Counted from the first letter of the whole stretch, positions 1-12,037 are shown. The stretch: 63,931 bases of DNA, filler included, from Vicugna vicugna (GCA_013265495.1; 84 parts of 79 records of this genome joined end to end with filler, not necessarily neighbours in it); one strand, 5' to 3'. Program-made: numbers and translations. The notes: a model not told the origin generated them from the sequence alone.

Positions 1-532
1 AAAAAAAGGGGGTGGGGAGATGAATATATGTGTTTGAAGCCTGTGTCTAATCAATAACAGGACATCAAAACCCAAGAGAAATAGAAATGAATTAAGAAGT
101 AAAAATTAAGACAGTAATTGAAAATAGAACAGGTAAAAACAGATTAAAAAGCAAAACAAAACAAACCAAAAACAAAAAACAAACAAAAAACAAAAAACAA
201 ACCAAAAAAAGGGGGTTGTCGGTGTTCTCCTGGAGTCTGTGTGCTTTTAATGTGAAGTACTTCTGTCTTCGTCCTGTTTTGGAAGCTCAGCTTGTTTTCA
301 TAGGCCCTCAGTTGGCACCCTCTTCTTTGCTGCTCCCAGCACCTGTCGACAAGCAGATCGCTCCTCCTCCTAACACGGGGTAAGATGCAGCTTTCCTCTG
401 CTGCGGGCAGGCGGGTCACTGCCCCTCCGGATGCCGTAGTCAGATGTTGTAGACTGGCCAGGTAGGAGGGCGGGTCGTGCCCTCTCTCAGCACCTCAGTC
501 AGGGGCTGTGTTCCTGCCCGACAGGCGGGGGC
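1..532 (-). mobile_element. Probable LINE-1 5' UTR fragment
   Basis: The minus strand reads as a GC-rich segment followed by a long T-rich tract, as in artiodactyl L1 5' UTRs. Recognised by architecture only. Confidence 0.4.
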
Positions 533-632
533 NNNNNNNNNNNNNNNNNNNNNNNNNNNNNNNNNNNNNNNNNNNNTTAATTAATTAANNNNNNNNNNNN
601 NNNNNNNNNNNNNNNNNNNNNNNNNNNNNNNN
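533..632. other. Artificial scaffold-joining spacer N44-TTAATTAATTAA-N44 (first of about 83 identical spacers)
   Basis: An identical 100-bp block recurs through the window (577-588, 1473-1484, 2380-2391 ... 63676-63687). The palindromic 12-mer has TAA in all six frames, which explains the many ORFs ending 'XXXLIN'. Confidence 0.98.
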
Positions 633-1428
633 GTTTGTATTCCCTGAGTGTTTCCTTAGTCCGGGCAGCAAGGGAAACCGGGGGCTTGGTCTTGGAAGCC
701 AAGTAGCAGCTAGTGTCCCCCGAAGGGCTGATTAAGTACTTAGAGGGCTTCTCCCTATCGGGGAACACCTGTGCATCCTTTCATGGGCATGGACTTTGGC
801 TCCACACAGCCCCACACAAGGCGCGTTTCCAGAATCCTGAGTGTGGGAAATTCCTCCAACTGACAGCAGTGCCTGTGTTTTAATAGAATCCATTAGCTTT
901 CCTTCCCTGATGGTTTGCCTAGACTGGAGTGTGGGGAATAGTGGACTGTGGGCTCCAAATCCAAGTAGTAGCAAGAGCCTCTCCATGGGAAGTGGAGGTG
1001 TTTAACCTAAACCCTCATCCTGGGAATACCTGTATCCCCTAAAATATACGTGGGTTCTGTTTCCCTGCCTTCTTTACACACATGAAGAAATGTTCTGATG
1101 TCCTGATTTTGTTGAGGCTCCTCCAAATGACACCAGGAACAGGGATCTAATTGCATCTCTTAGGTTGATTTCCCTGTGGGTATTCCTAGGTCATGGTGTA
1201 AGCGAATGTTGGGGTTGGGCTCTAAGGCCAAGGCCAAGTAGAGTGCCTCTCTATGGGCAGTGGAGTTATTTAAACTACATACCCAAACTGGGAACACCTG
1301 TGATCTCATAAAAATTCTTGGACATTTTTCCACACCTCCAACACAGAAACTAAGATGTGTTCAGGTATCCTGAGTGTGGGGAATCTCCTCCAAGAGACAG
1401 CAGCGCCTGGGTTCTAATAGAATCCCTT
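633..1428 (-). repeat. Satellite B (diverged ~267-bp monomers)
   Basis: Reverse complement has repeated GGATTCTATTAGAACCCAGG..TTGGAGGA..CCCACACTCAGGA motifs shared with 44493-45442. Confidence 0.88.
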
Positions 1429-2459
1429 NNNNNNNNNNNNNNNNNNNNNNNNNNNNNNNNNNNNNNNNNNNNTTAATTAATTAANNNNNNNNNNNNNNNN
1501 NNNNNNNNNNNNNNNNNNNNNNNNNNNNACAAGCTTAACTCGATGAGACTATTATCGCTGCCCACCATGAAAACACTGAAACGCTGTTAAGTTCTACACT
1601 CTCAGGGGGGAAGAAAATTCAGAACAGACAGGAGGACTCGAATTCAAATCCAGATATTTTCATGGTGGGAATCACTCTTTCCCAGGGGAACTCAGTCCAG
1701 GCTGAGAGGATTATACCCCTGCTCCATGTATAGCCCAGACTCAGTAGTGAGGTCAACACGAGTCCAGTGTACTGAGAATCAAGTGGACCCTCAGGTCTAC
1801 TGGGAGCTCCTCAAACTTTACTGCCAGAGAAGCTAAGATGTGATGGGAGCAATTCTGCTCAGAGCTGGCCCCAAGAAAAGGAACTCCGGTCATCATGCAC
1901 CTATAAACAGCATGTCTGTCTGACACACATTCTCAAAGTTCTGGATTTTCTCCCATGGTGCCCATCCTCCAGGACTTCTGAAACACATTCCCCAGAAAAA
2001 TGTCACCCAGCACAACCAGTAAAGGGTTAAGTCTGGAAAGGAAGGTACAAGCATAGCAGACATCTCAACCCAGAAAATACACTGCAGTCACTTTTTTCTC
2101 TCATAGGATACAGTGAAGTCCAGGGAAGGTAACATTGTGGTGACTGGAACAGTTACAGAATTCTGTTCCATTTCTTCAGACAGAATCCAGCAACCCAGAG
2201 CAGAAAGTACTGCTGACTATCATGAGCTCTGTCCTCATTCTGTCTGGGACAACAACGTTCTAGTAGTGAAGTGCCTAAGGCATCGAAAGAAATTTCAAAG
2301 ACATCTGGGTGCAAACTTCCTGCTTTCCTGCATCCNNNNNNNNNNNNNNNNNNNNNNNNNNNNNNNNNNNNNNNNNNNNTTAATTAATTAANNNNNNNNN
2401 NNNNNNNNNNNNNNNNNNNNNNNNNNNNNNNNNNNAATGAAAAGATGTAGAATAACTTA

Positions 2460-3077
2460 TGTAAACAATTCTCTATCGCTAGATATGATTTCACTTCAGC
2501 TTTTCTTCCCACCATTGTGACCAGTACTGTGTAAATGCTCTGATGAGTACATCTTTTTGAACTGATTCTTTTTCTAAATGAAACGATTCCTAAAAGTGGA
2601 GTTCAGCCTGTGTGTACACACGTTTTTCAGAGTTTACATATCCATTGACATGTCGTCCTCCAAAAAGGTTGCTCACAGTTTTTTCTCCCACAGATGGACA
2701 TTAGCTAGAATATCTTTGAAAAATATTTGGCAATATGATGAGCCAAAGTGCTTTTTCATTGTTTTAGTTTGCATTTGATGACCAGTGAAGTATTGAGCAT
2801 TTTTCACTCATTAGCCGTCTGATTTTCAAAAAGTGAATGATCCCTTTTGTCCTTTGCAAACATTTAAGTGAGGGAGCTACTTGTTGCTTTGTGACAGCTC
2901 TTTGTATGTTATCAACATTAACCCCTTGTCTTCATCAACATGTTTCACAGAGCTTCTTCTTGTCATTTCTTGCCTTTCATTTTGTTCAGTAGGTTTATTT
3001 TTGTTTTGGCCCAGAATAAACTAAAGATAGTAAATGTCTTCTTTTTGGTTTTATCCTTGATATTATTCTTAGAAATA
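2460..3077 (-). mobile_element. Old LINE-1 (L1M-type) 3' region fragment
   Basis: Degenerate L1M antisense motifs, e.g. TTTTCATTGTTTTAGTTTGCATTT..GAAGTATTGAGCATTTTTCA. Confidence 0.55.
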
Positions 3078-3106
3078 NNNNNNNNNNNNNNNNNNNNNNN
3101 NNNNNG

Positions 3107-3225
3107 GTATAAATCTGTAGGCTTTTTTAATCTCTAAGATGGAGATGATAATGGTACTTGTCATACTGAGGAGAAGTTGAATTAATATGAGCAAAGGGTT
3201 GCATTTGCTCTTATTACTACTTTTT
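3107..3225 (+). mobile_element. MIR SINE core fragment
   Basis: ATCTCTAAGATGGAGATGATAATGGTAC resembles the MIR core ATCTGTAAAATGGGGATAATAATAGTAC. Confidence 0.5.
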
Positions 3226-3361
3226 AATATTTACATCAGTATCTGTAATTTTTCTTGTGGTNNNNNNNNNNNNNNNNNNNNNNNNNNNNNNNNNNNNNNN
3301 NNNNNTTAATTAATTAANNNNNNNNNNNNNNNNNNNNNNNNNNNNNNNNNNNNNNNNNNNN

Positions 3362-4257
3362 GGGAATGCTTGGGGGGTTTGCAGGATATCCCAGTGAGAG
3401 AGGCTGTCTACCCAAGGTCAGGGAAAGTTTTTCACGGAATTCCCCGAACAGGGAACACCTGTGACTGAAGAGAGCTGCGTGGAGTTTTCTCTCGAGCTCC
3501 CCCACGCACTGACAATGGTTCCGGAATCCTGAGCGTGGGGAGGTTCCACNNNNNNNNNNNNNNNNNNNNNNNNNNNNNNNNNNNNNNNNNNNNNNNNNNN
3601 NNNNNNNNNNNNNNNNNNNNNNNNNNNNNNNNNNNNNNNNNNNNNNNNNNNNNNNNNNNNNNNNNNNNNNNNNNNNNNNNNNNNNNNNNNNNNNNNNNNN
3701 NNNNNNNNNNNNNNNNNNNNNNNNNNNNNNNNNNNNNNNNNNNNNNNNNNNNNNNNNNNNNNNNNNNNNNNNNNNNNNNNNNNNNNNNNNNNNNNNNNNN
3801 NNNNNNNNNNNNNNNNNNNNNNNNNNNNNNNNNNNNNNNNNNNNNNNNNNNNNNNNNNNNNNNNNNNNNNNNNNNNNNNNNNNNNNNNNNNNNNNNNNNN
3901 NNNNNNNNNNNNNNNNNNNNNNNNNNNNNNNNNNNNNNNNNNNNNNNNNNNNNNNNNNNNNNNNNNNNNNNNNNNNNNNNNNNNNNNNNNNNNNNNNNNN
4001 NNNNNNNNNNNNNNNNNNNNNNNNNNNNNNNNNNNNNNNNNNNNNNNNNNNNNNNNNNNNNNNNNNNNNNNCGCGTGGGTTCAAACAGAAAGCTTTAGCT
4101 CGTCTCCCTTGAGGGTTTTCCTAATGTCTCTGTGTCAGGGAATGCTAGGGGGGTTTGCAGGATATCCCAGTTTCCGAGGCTGCCTCCCGAAGGTCAAGGA
4201 ATGTATTTCTCTGACTTCCCCGAACAGGGAACACCTGTGACACAAGAGAGCTGCGTG
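3362..4257 (-). repeat. Satellite A (267-bp monomer)
   Basis: Diagnostic CTCGAGCTCCCCCACGCACTGACAATGGTTCCGGAATCCTGAGCGTGGGGAGG; internal N gap. Confidence 0.93.
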
Positions 4258-4357
4258 NNNNNNNNNNNNNNNNNNNNNNNNNNNNNNNNNNNNNNNNNNN
4301 NTTAATTAATTAANNNNNNNNNNNNNNNNNNNNNNNNNNNNNNNNNNNNNNNNNNNN

Positions 4358-5097
4358 GAGGAGGTGGAGGAGGAGGTGGAGGAGGAGGTGGAGGAGGAGG
4401 AGTTGGAGAAGGAGGAGGTGGAGGAGGTGGTGGAGGAGGAGGAGGAGGTGGAGGAGGCGGTGGAGGAGGAGGAGGAGGTGGAGGAGGCGGTGGAGGAGGA
4501 GGAGGATTATTAAAATAATCCTCAAGATTGTTTCTAATTTCCAAAATAATATTGAATTAAAACTACTTCATACGCACCTATTAAGAAAGAAAGTAATTGC
4601 TGCCAGTCTTCCAGATAGCTTGCAAGGAGTTCAACAATGAATTATGGAGAATTAGCTGGATAAATCAAGCTGGAAGTAGNNNNNNNNNNNNNNNNNNNNN
4701 NNNNNNNNNNNNNNNNNNNNNNNNNNNNNNNNNNNNNNNNNNNNNNNNNNNNNNNNNNNNNNNNNNNNNNNNNNNNNNNNNNNNNNNNNNNNNNNNNNNN
4801 NNNNNNNNNNNNNNNNNNNNNNNNNNNNNNNNNNNNNNNNNNNNNNNNNNNNNNNNNNNNNNNNNNNNNNNNNNNNNNNNNNNNNNNNNNNNNNNNNNNN
4901 NNNNNNNNNNNNNNNNNNNNNNNNNNNNNNNNNNNNNNNNNNNNNNNNNNNNNNNNNNNNNNNNNNNNNNNNNNNNNNNNNNNNNNNNNNNNNNNNNNNN
5001 NNNNNNNNNNNNNNNNGTGGAGGATGAGGAGGATGTGGCGGAGGAGGAGGTCGAGGAGGAGGAGGTGGAGGAGGTGGTGGAGGAGGAGGTGGAGGAG
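4358..5097 (+). repeat. GGA/GGT-microsatellite-containing macrosatellite unit
   Basis: (GGAGGAGGT)n tract, then an AT-rich spacer (TAATTGCTGCCAGTCTTCCAGATAG...GGATAAATCAAGCTGGAAGTAG), a gap, and another GGA tract. The spacer matches 34241-35087. Confidence 0.85.
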
Positions 5098-5197
5098 NNN
5101 NNNNNNNNNNNNNNNNNNNNNNNNNNNNNNNNNNNNNNNNNTTAATTAATTAANNNNNNNNNNNNNNNNNNNNNNNNNNNNNNNNNNNNNNNNNNNN

Positions 5198-5742
5198 AGA
5201 CATTAGGAAAACACTCAGGGGAGGCGAGCTCAGGCATCCCGTAAAAACCGACGCGCTGCCGACCGTTGGTGGAACCACCACACGCTCAGGATTCCGGAAC
5301 CATTGTCAATGCGTGGGGGTGATCGAGAGACAAGTCCCCGCAGCTCTCTTCAGTCACAGGTGTTCACTGTTCGGGGAAGTCCGAGAAATACCTTCCCTGA
5401 CCTTGGGGAGGCAGCCTCTGTCACTGGGATTTCCTGCAAACTCCCCCTAGCATTCCCTGGCACAGAGACATTAGGAAAACCNNNNNNNNNNNNNNNNNNN
5501 NNNNNNNNNNNNNNNNNNNNNNNNNNNNNNNNNNNNNNNNNNNNNNNNNNNNNNNNNNNNNNNNNNNNNNNNNNNNNNNNNNNNNNNNNNNNNNNNNNNN
5601 NNNNNNNNNNNNNNNNNNNNNNNNNNNNNNNNNNNNNNNNNNNNNNNNNNNNNNNNNNNNNNNNNNNNNNNNNNNNNNNNNNNNNNNNNNAGCAAACCCC
5701 ACCTAGCATTCCCTGTCACAGAGAAATTAGGAAAACCCTCAG
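5198..5742 (+). repeat. Satellite A (267-bp monomer)
   Basis: CCGACCGTTGGTGGAACC..CACGCTCAGGATTCCGGAACCATTGTC motif. Confidence 0.93.
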
Positions 5743-5842
5743 NNNNNNNNNNNNNNNNNNNNNNNNNNNNNNNNNNNNNNNNNNNNTTAATTAATTAANN
5801 NNNNNNNNNNNNNNNNNNNNNNNNNNNNNNNNNNNNNNNNNN

Positions 5843-6281
5843 CAAATTGGGCATGAGGAAACATACCTCAAAACAGTTAAGGTCTTACATGACAAGAACT
5901 CATCTAACATGACACTCACTGATTAAAAGCTTAAAGCATCTCCAATAAGAGCAGGAAGAAGACAAGAGTGCTCACTCTTACCACTTATATTCATTATATT
6001 ATTGGAAATTCTAGCCATAGCTATTCAAAATAAATGTAAATAAAATATAGCTGATTAAGAAAAGGAGTAAAAGTATCTGTTTGCAGATGACATAATTTAA
6101 GCAGAAATCCTACAAAATGGTGCCACAGAACTACTAGGGCTTATCAATGCATTTGGTAAAATTTCCGAATGTAAAATTAACATACAGAAGTGTTGCATTT
6201 CTACATACTAACAAGAAGCTAACTGATACAGAAAGCGAGGGAACTGTCTCATTTACAGTTGCATTACAAAAAAAAAATCAA
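5843..6281 (+). mobile_element. Degraded LINE-1 ORF2 reverse-transcriptase fragment
   Basis: AGACAAGAGTGCTCACTCTTACCAC (RQGCPLSP-like) and TTTGCAGATGAC (FADD); multiple stops and frameshifts. Confidence 0.85.
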
Positions 6282-6443
6282 NNNNNNNNNNNNNNNNNNN
6301 NNNNNNNNNNNNNNNNNNNNNNNNNTTAATTAATTAANNNNNNNNNNNNNNNNNNNNNNNNNNNNNNNNNNNNNNNNNNNNCAGTAGGTCCTTATTGTTT
6401 ATCTATTTTATATATAGTAGTGTGTAGGCAAACAAACAAATTC

Positions 6444-6570
6444 TTTTTTTTTTAAATTGAAGTGGTCAGTTACAATGTGTCAGTTTCTGGTGTACAGCAC
6501 AATGTCCCAGTCATGCATATACATACATATATTCATTTTCGTATTCTTTTTCATTAAAGATTATTATAAG
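6444..6570 (-). mobile_element. 5'-truncated LINE-1 3' terminus with poly(A) and target-site duplication
   Basis: Poly-T at 6444-6453, then L1 3' end antisense (ATTGAAGT..GTTACAATGTGTCAGTTTCTGGTGTACAGCA). Flanked by AACAAACAAATTC (6431-6443) and AACAAACTAATCC (6571-6583). Confidence 0.8.
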
Positions 6571-8312
6571 AACAAACTAATCCTTTAAGAGACACATCCT
6601 CCCCTTATCTTTTGCCCAAATTTATGTTAGCCAGATTCAGTGACTTGAAAGCAAGTGATTCTGTACAGGAGAATCATCCCTAGATGATGCTGTGGGTGAG
6701 AGCTGGATGCCTGCCAACTCTGGGATAGCAAGGGAGGGAGGAGCATGGTGTCATGGTGATGTGTTTTGTCAGGGGCACACCCAGGTTACTGGCTACAGCC
6801 ACAGGAATTTCCTGAAGAGCAGATTGGTAGCTGCCACACAGCTGTGNNNNNNNNNNNNNNNNNNNNNNNNNNNNNNNNNNNNNNNNNNNNTTAATTAATT
6901 AANNNNNNNNNNNNNNNNNNNNNNNNNNNNNNNNNNNNNNNNNNNNTGTGATTCAATTTATTAAATCTATATTTGGAGACATTTTCAGATAATCCTAGTA
7001 AAAGCAATTTTTTCCCAAGAGTTATTCATTCTCACAACCTACTGTCGTGCTGCTGCTGACTGCAAGCACCATCAGCTCTAAATTATCTCAGCTGATGGAA
7101 AGAAGCAATAATACAAATGACTCAAAAATCATCTTTTCATAGCTCTGGAATGTTGATACAAAGATATACAGTTTTATTTTTTTAATTTTGCAGCAGGAGT
7201 NNNNNNNNNNNNNNNNNNNNNNNNNNNNNNNNNNNNNNNNNNNNNNNNNNNNNNNNNNNNNNNNNNNNNNNNNNNNNNNNNNNNNNNNNNNNNNNNNNNN
7301 NNNNNNNNNNNNNNNNNNNNNNNNNNNNNNNNNNNNNNNNNNNNNNNNNNNNNNNNNNNNNNNNNNNNNNNNNNNNNNNNNNNNNNNNNNNNNNNNNNNN
7401 NNNNNNNNNNNNNNNNNNNNNNNNNNNNNNNNNNNNNNNNNNNNNNNNNNNNNNNNNNNNNNNNNNNNNNNNNNNNNNNNNNNNNNNNNNNNNNNNNNNN
7501 NNNNNNNNNNNNNNNNNNNNNNNNNNNNNNNNNNNNNNNNNNNNNNNNNNNNNNNNNNNNNNNNNNNNNNNNNNNNNNNNNNNNNNNNNNNNNNNNNNNN
7601 NNNNNNNNNNNNNNNNNNNNNNNNNNNNNNNNNNNNNNNNNNNNNNNNNNNNNNNNNNNNNNNNNNNNNNNNNNNNNNNNNNNNNNNNNNNNNNNNNNNN
7701 NNNNNNNNNNNNNNNNNNNNNNNNNNNNNNNNNNNNNNNNNNNNNNNNNNNNNNNNNNNNNNNNNNNNNNNNNNNNNNNNNNNNNNNNNNNNNNNNNNNN
7801 NNNNNNNNNNNNNNNNNNNNNNNNNNNNNNNNNNNNNNNNNNNNNNNNNNNNNNNNNNNNNNNNNNNNNNNNNNNNNNNNNNNNNNNNNNNNNNNNNNNN
7901 NNNNNNNNNNNNNNNNNNNNNNNNNNNNNNNNNNNNNNNNNNNNNNNNNNNNNNNNNNNNNNNNNNNNNNNNNNNNNNNNNNNNNNNNNNNNNNNNNNNN
8001 NNNNNNNNNNNNNNNNNNNNNNNNNNNNNNNNNNNNNNNNNNNNNNNNNNNNNNNNNNNNNNNNNNNNNNNNNNNNNNNNNNNNNNNNNNNNNNNNNNNN
8101 NNNNNNNNNNNNNNNNNNNNNNNNNNNNNNNNNNNNNNNNNNNNNNNNNNNNNNNNNNNNNNNNNNNNNNNNNAATTTATTGAACTTTTGGAAACAGACT
8201 AGCTCTCTAGCTCAGGGGAAAGGTATTAACGTGATGGTCAGAGGCAGGTGACTGTGTCTGATGCTAAAGTACCTGCTACCAGCACATTATGCCCACTAAA
8301 AACACAAATATC

Positions 8313-8414
8313 GGGGGGAAGGGTGGGTATAGCTCAGTGGTAGAGCACGTGCTAAGCATGTACAAGGTCCTGGGTTCAAGCCCCATTACCTCCATTAAAA
8401 AAAAGTTAAAAAAA
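8313..8414 (+). mobile_element. tRNA-derived camelid SINE (Vic-1-like)
   Basis: Pol III A box TAGCTCAGTGG (8330-8340), B box GGTTCAAGCCC (8373-8383), A-rich tail, and TSD-like flanks AAAACACAAATA / AAAGCACAAGTA. Confidence 0.85.
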
Positions 8415-8609
8415 GCACAAGTAACTGTCACAATTTTAAAGCACTGCACTGTCCACCCTCCAAGCCTTCTCCTCACATTCCTCTGTCTCTTCTGNNNNNN
8501 NNNNNNNNNNNNNNNNNNNNNNNNNNNNNNNNNNNNNNTTAATTAATTAANNNNNNNNNNNNNNNNNNNNNNNNNNNNNNNNNNNNNNNNNNNNTTCCTC
8601 TGCTAAAAC

Positions 8610-8737
8610 TCTGAGCCCCCAGTGATGGGGAGTCGTGTGTATTTTGTTGAATAATAAAGCCAAAGAGCCTTGGGAACGGGTCTAGTTACTAGATTCCCAT
8701 ATGTAGTAGGAGCTTACACAGATTTGCTGAATGAATG
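8610..8737 (+). mobile_element. L2 3'-end remnant
   Basis: Ends GTAGTAGGAGCTT..ATTTGCTGAATGAATG, resembling the L2 3' terminus. Confidence 0.45.
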
Positions 8738-9206
8738 CAGAGGTCCTGGTCCAATCCGATGGAGCACTTCTGCATCCTGCTCAAAGAATGACTCTCCTTT
8801 CCCCCTGAGAGGGGGTGACCACTTCCTTGGTGATCAAAGGCAAGGTCTATTTTCTTTATGCTGTTAACCTTAGGCGGGGAGACTGGGGGATCTTCATTTA
8901 TATTTTAAAATTTGATTCACTCTGTAGTTTGTCTTCTGTCTATAGTTTGTCTTCTGTCTGTGTATTCTTTTGAGAAACCATTTATGAGTGATCATTCTTC
9001 CATCAGATTGAACAGGATCCAGGGGGAATTACCAAGCCTGTTCCATCGGACATCCTGTATTTCATGTCCTGTGACCCAGTGGATGCTCAGCACATAAGTG
9101 AACCGANNNNNNNNNNNNNNNNNNNNNNNNNNNNNNNNNNNNNNNNNNNNTTAATTAATTAANNNNNNNNNNNNNNNNNNNNNNNNNNNNNNNNNNNNNN
9201 NNNNNN

Positions 9207-9652
9207 GCCTCCAGGACACTACAAAAAGCTGCCCAAACTGCCTTGTCCATGGCACTACTGAAATAGGAAATTACAAATCTGACTTCATATTTGATCTGTA
9301 CCTTTGACTTTAACAAAGCCAAGTTAATATGCTCCAGTCTTTTCATGGGTTTGATGTCAAAGAGGAGATGGACAGGTCAACAAGGAACCACTCTGCCGTG
9401 ATTACAGAGCCGGAGAAATGGATGGGCTGCAAGATGTATGACGCAGCAGCAACTGTGCCCGTGCTTCTAGGCAGGTATCCAAAATCGCCTCGACAAGGTG
9501 TCAAACACTTGTGCCCACGTCCTCATCAACAGACATGTATTAAAGACAAATGGAAACATATAAAAGTCCAATATGCTGTGTACACCGTCCAAAGTAAAAA
9601 TTCTCAGTTTGACAACTGGCCATCTCGGTTCCCTGGGATGCATTCTTGAAGA
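9207..9652 (+). repeat. Unidentified multicopy sequence G, copy 1
   Basis: Colinear and highly similar to the reverse complement of 52051-52454. Confidence 0.85.
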
Positions 9653-9752
9653 NNNNNNNNNNNNNNNNNNNNNNNNNNNNNNNNNNNNNNNNNNNNTTAA
9701 TTAATTAANNNNNNNNNNNNNNNNNNNNNNNNNNNNNNNNNNNNNNNNNNNN

Positions 9753-10236
9753 TTCTTTCTCCTGCCTGACTGCTGTGCCTAGGACTTCCACTAATATTTT
9801 GAATAGAACTAGTGTTTGTGGGCATCCTTGTCTTGTCCCAGATTTTAGTGGGAATCTTTTGAGTTTTCCACCATTAAGTACTATGCTGGCTGTAGGTTTG
9901 TCTTATACAGCTTTTATTATGTTGAGATATGTTCCCTGTATACCCACTTTGGAGAGAGTTTCTATCATAAATGGGTGCTGAATTTTATCAAATGCTTTTT
10001 CTGCATCGATTGAGATGATCATGTTGTTTTTGTCCTTTCTCTTGTTGATGTGATGTATTACATTGAACGATTTGCGTATGTTGAACCAGCCTTACATTGA
10101 ACGATTTGCGTATGTTGAACCAGCCTTGTGTCCCTGGGTATGAACCCCACTTGTTCATGATGTATAATCTTTTTTATGTGTTGTTGGAATTTATTTGCTA
10201 AAATTTTGGTGCGGATTTTGGTGTCTATGTTCATCA
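9753..10236 (-). mobile_element. LINE-1 ORF2 (RT region) fragment, young subfamily, with a 34-bp internal tandem duplication
   Basis: Antisense of [30 protein letters not shown]. 10058-10091 is repeated at 10092-10125. Confidence 0.93.
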
Positions 10237-10336
10237 NNNNNNNNNNNNNNNNNNNNNNNNNNNNNNNNNNNNNNNNNNNNTTAATTAATTAANNNNNNNN
10301 NNNNNNNNNNNNNNNNNNNNNNNNNNNNNNNNNNNN

Positions 10337-11427
10337 ATGGAGAAATTACAACAAACAAAATAGAAATATAGAATATCATACAAAAATATTATGAAAAAGT
10401 ATATGGAACCAAACTAGATAACCTAGAGGAGATGGACAAGTTTCTGGAAACATACTGTCCACCAAAACTGAATCAAGAAGAAACTGAACACTTGAACAAT
10501 CCGATCACTAGAAATGAAATAGAAATAGCAATTAAAAACCTCCCTACAAATATAAGTCCAGGACCGGATGGCTTCCCCGGGGAATTCTACAAAACATACA
10601 AAGAAGAACTCATACCAGTCCTTCTCAAAGTCTTCCAGACGATTGAAAAGGAGGGAATACTCCCAAACTCATTCTATGAAGCCACCATCATCCTGATACC
10701 AAAACCAGGCAAAGACACTACAAAAAAAGAGAATTATAGGCCAATATCACTGATGAAAATAGACGCCAAAATCCTCACCAAAATTTTAGCAAATAGAATC
10801 CAACAACACATAAAAAAGATTATACATCATGACCAAGTGGGGTTCATCCCAGGGACACAAGGCTGGTTCAACATANNNNNNNNNNNNNNNNNNNNNNNNN
10901 NNNNNNNNNNNNNNNNNNNNNNNNNNNNNNNNNNNNNNNNNNNNNNNNNNNNNNNNNNNNNNNNNNNNNNNNNNNNNNNNNNATAGAGGGAACATATCTC
11001 AACATAATAAAAGCTATATATGACAAACCTACAGCCAGCATAGTACTCAACGGTGAAAATCTCAAAAGCTTCCCACTAAAATCTGGACAAGACAAGTATG
11101 TCCACTATCACCACTCCTATTCAAAATAGTCCTGGAAGTCCTAGCCACAACAGTCAGACAAGAGAAAGAAATAAAAGGGATCCAAATTGGAAAAGAAGAG
11201 TTAAAAGTGTCATTATATGCTGATGACATGTTACTATATATAGAAAACCCTAAAAGGTCCACACAAAAGTTTCTAGAGCTGATTGAAGAATTCAGCAAGG
11301 TAGCAGGTTACACAATTAACGTTCAAAAATCAGTTGCATTTCTTTACACTAATGATAAATCAACTGAAAAAGAAAGTAAAGAAACACCCCTTTAAAATAG
11401 CACCCAAAGTAATAAAATATCTGGGAA
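10337..11427 (+). mobile_element. LINE-1 ORF2 fragment (Z domain and RT), young subfamily
   Basis: ORF 10432-10875 includes [43 protein letters not shown] catalytic motif at 11216-11227. Small frameshifts near 11086 and 11388. Confidence 0.96.
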
Positions 11428-11527
11428 NNNNNNNNNNNNNNNNNNNNNNNNNNNNNNNNNNNNNNNNNNNNTTAATTAATTAANNNNNNNNNNNNNNNNN
11501 NNNNNNNNNNNNNNNNNNNNNNNNNNN

Positions 11528-12037
11528 GTGCCATTTCTTCTCGACGTAGTGTATAATATGGCATTCATTCATACTTTTGGGAGACTTGCAAGTCTATATC
11601 ACGGGCTAGGAATCCATTGGATTCCAAATCGGCATTTGAGTTAAGTCACGATATGCTTATATGAATCAGTATTTACGAATATAAATGCACGCCTCTGATT
11701 TCTGAATACAGGTGTGCTGAGTACATTCAAGCCGCGATACTGGGTCGATGCGTACTGAATGATCCTTGACATCACCTTGAGTAATTTCTTTTGAATATTC
11801 ANNNNNNNNNNNNNNNNNNNNNNNNNNNNNNNNNNNNNNNNNNNNNNNNNNNNNNNNNNNNNNNNNNNNNNNNTCAGGCCATGCATCTCTCCGTTTGCTT
11901 CCAACAGAGAGTCATATAAGCTGACTCCCTTAAGATAGTGCTTCCAATCCCCTATGATTTCCTGCTTCCCTCTCCCATCTTTAGGATTTTGTTGTCCTCC
12001 TTGCCTTCTTCTAGTTTCTTCTTTTCCACTCATGCTC
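11528..12037 (+). repeat. Unidentified multicopy unit F, copy 1
   Basis: Overlaps 45543-45785 (same strand) and 54738-54985 (opposite strand). Confidence 0.85.

Noticed and set aside
4302..5145. Poly-Pro, poly-Glu and poly-Arg ORFs here and at 34401-34947
   Set aside because: Translations of GGA microsatellites. The Glu frame has an in-frame TAG near 34545 and the ORFs run through N gaps.
7188..8183. Long ORFs made mostly of X (also 18262, 42337, 43380, 45717, 49662)
   Set aside because: Artefacts of translating N gaps.
8313..8395. tRNA gene
   Set aside because: A and B boxes are present, but with a G-rich 5' extension, no proper acceptor stem, an A-rich tail and TSD-like flanks; it is a SINE.
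10432..11395. Active reverse-transcriptase gene or novel RT system
   Set aside because: An ordinary LINE-1 ORF2 fragment with frameshifts; the neighbouring pieces are unrelated scaffolds.
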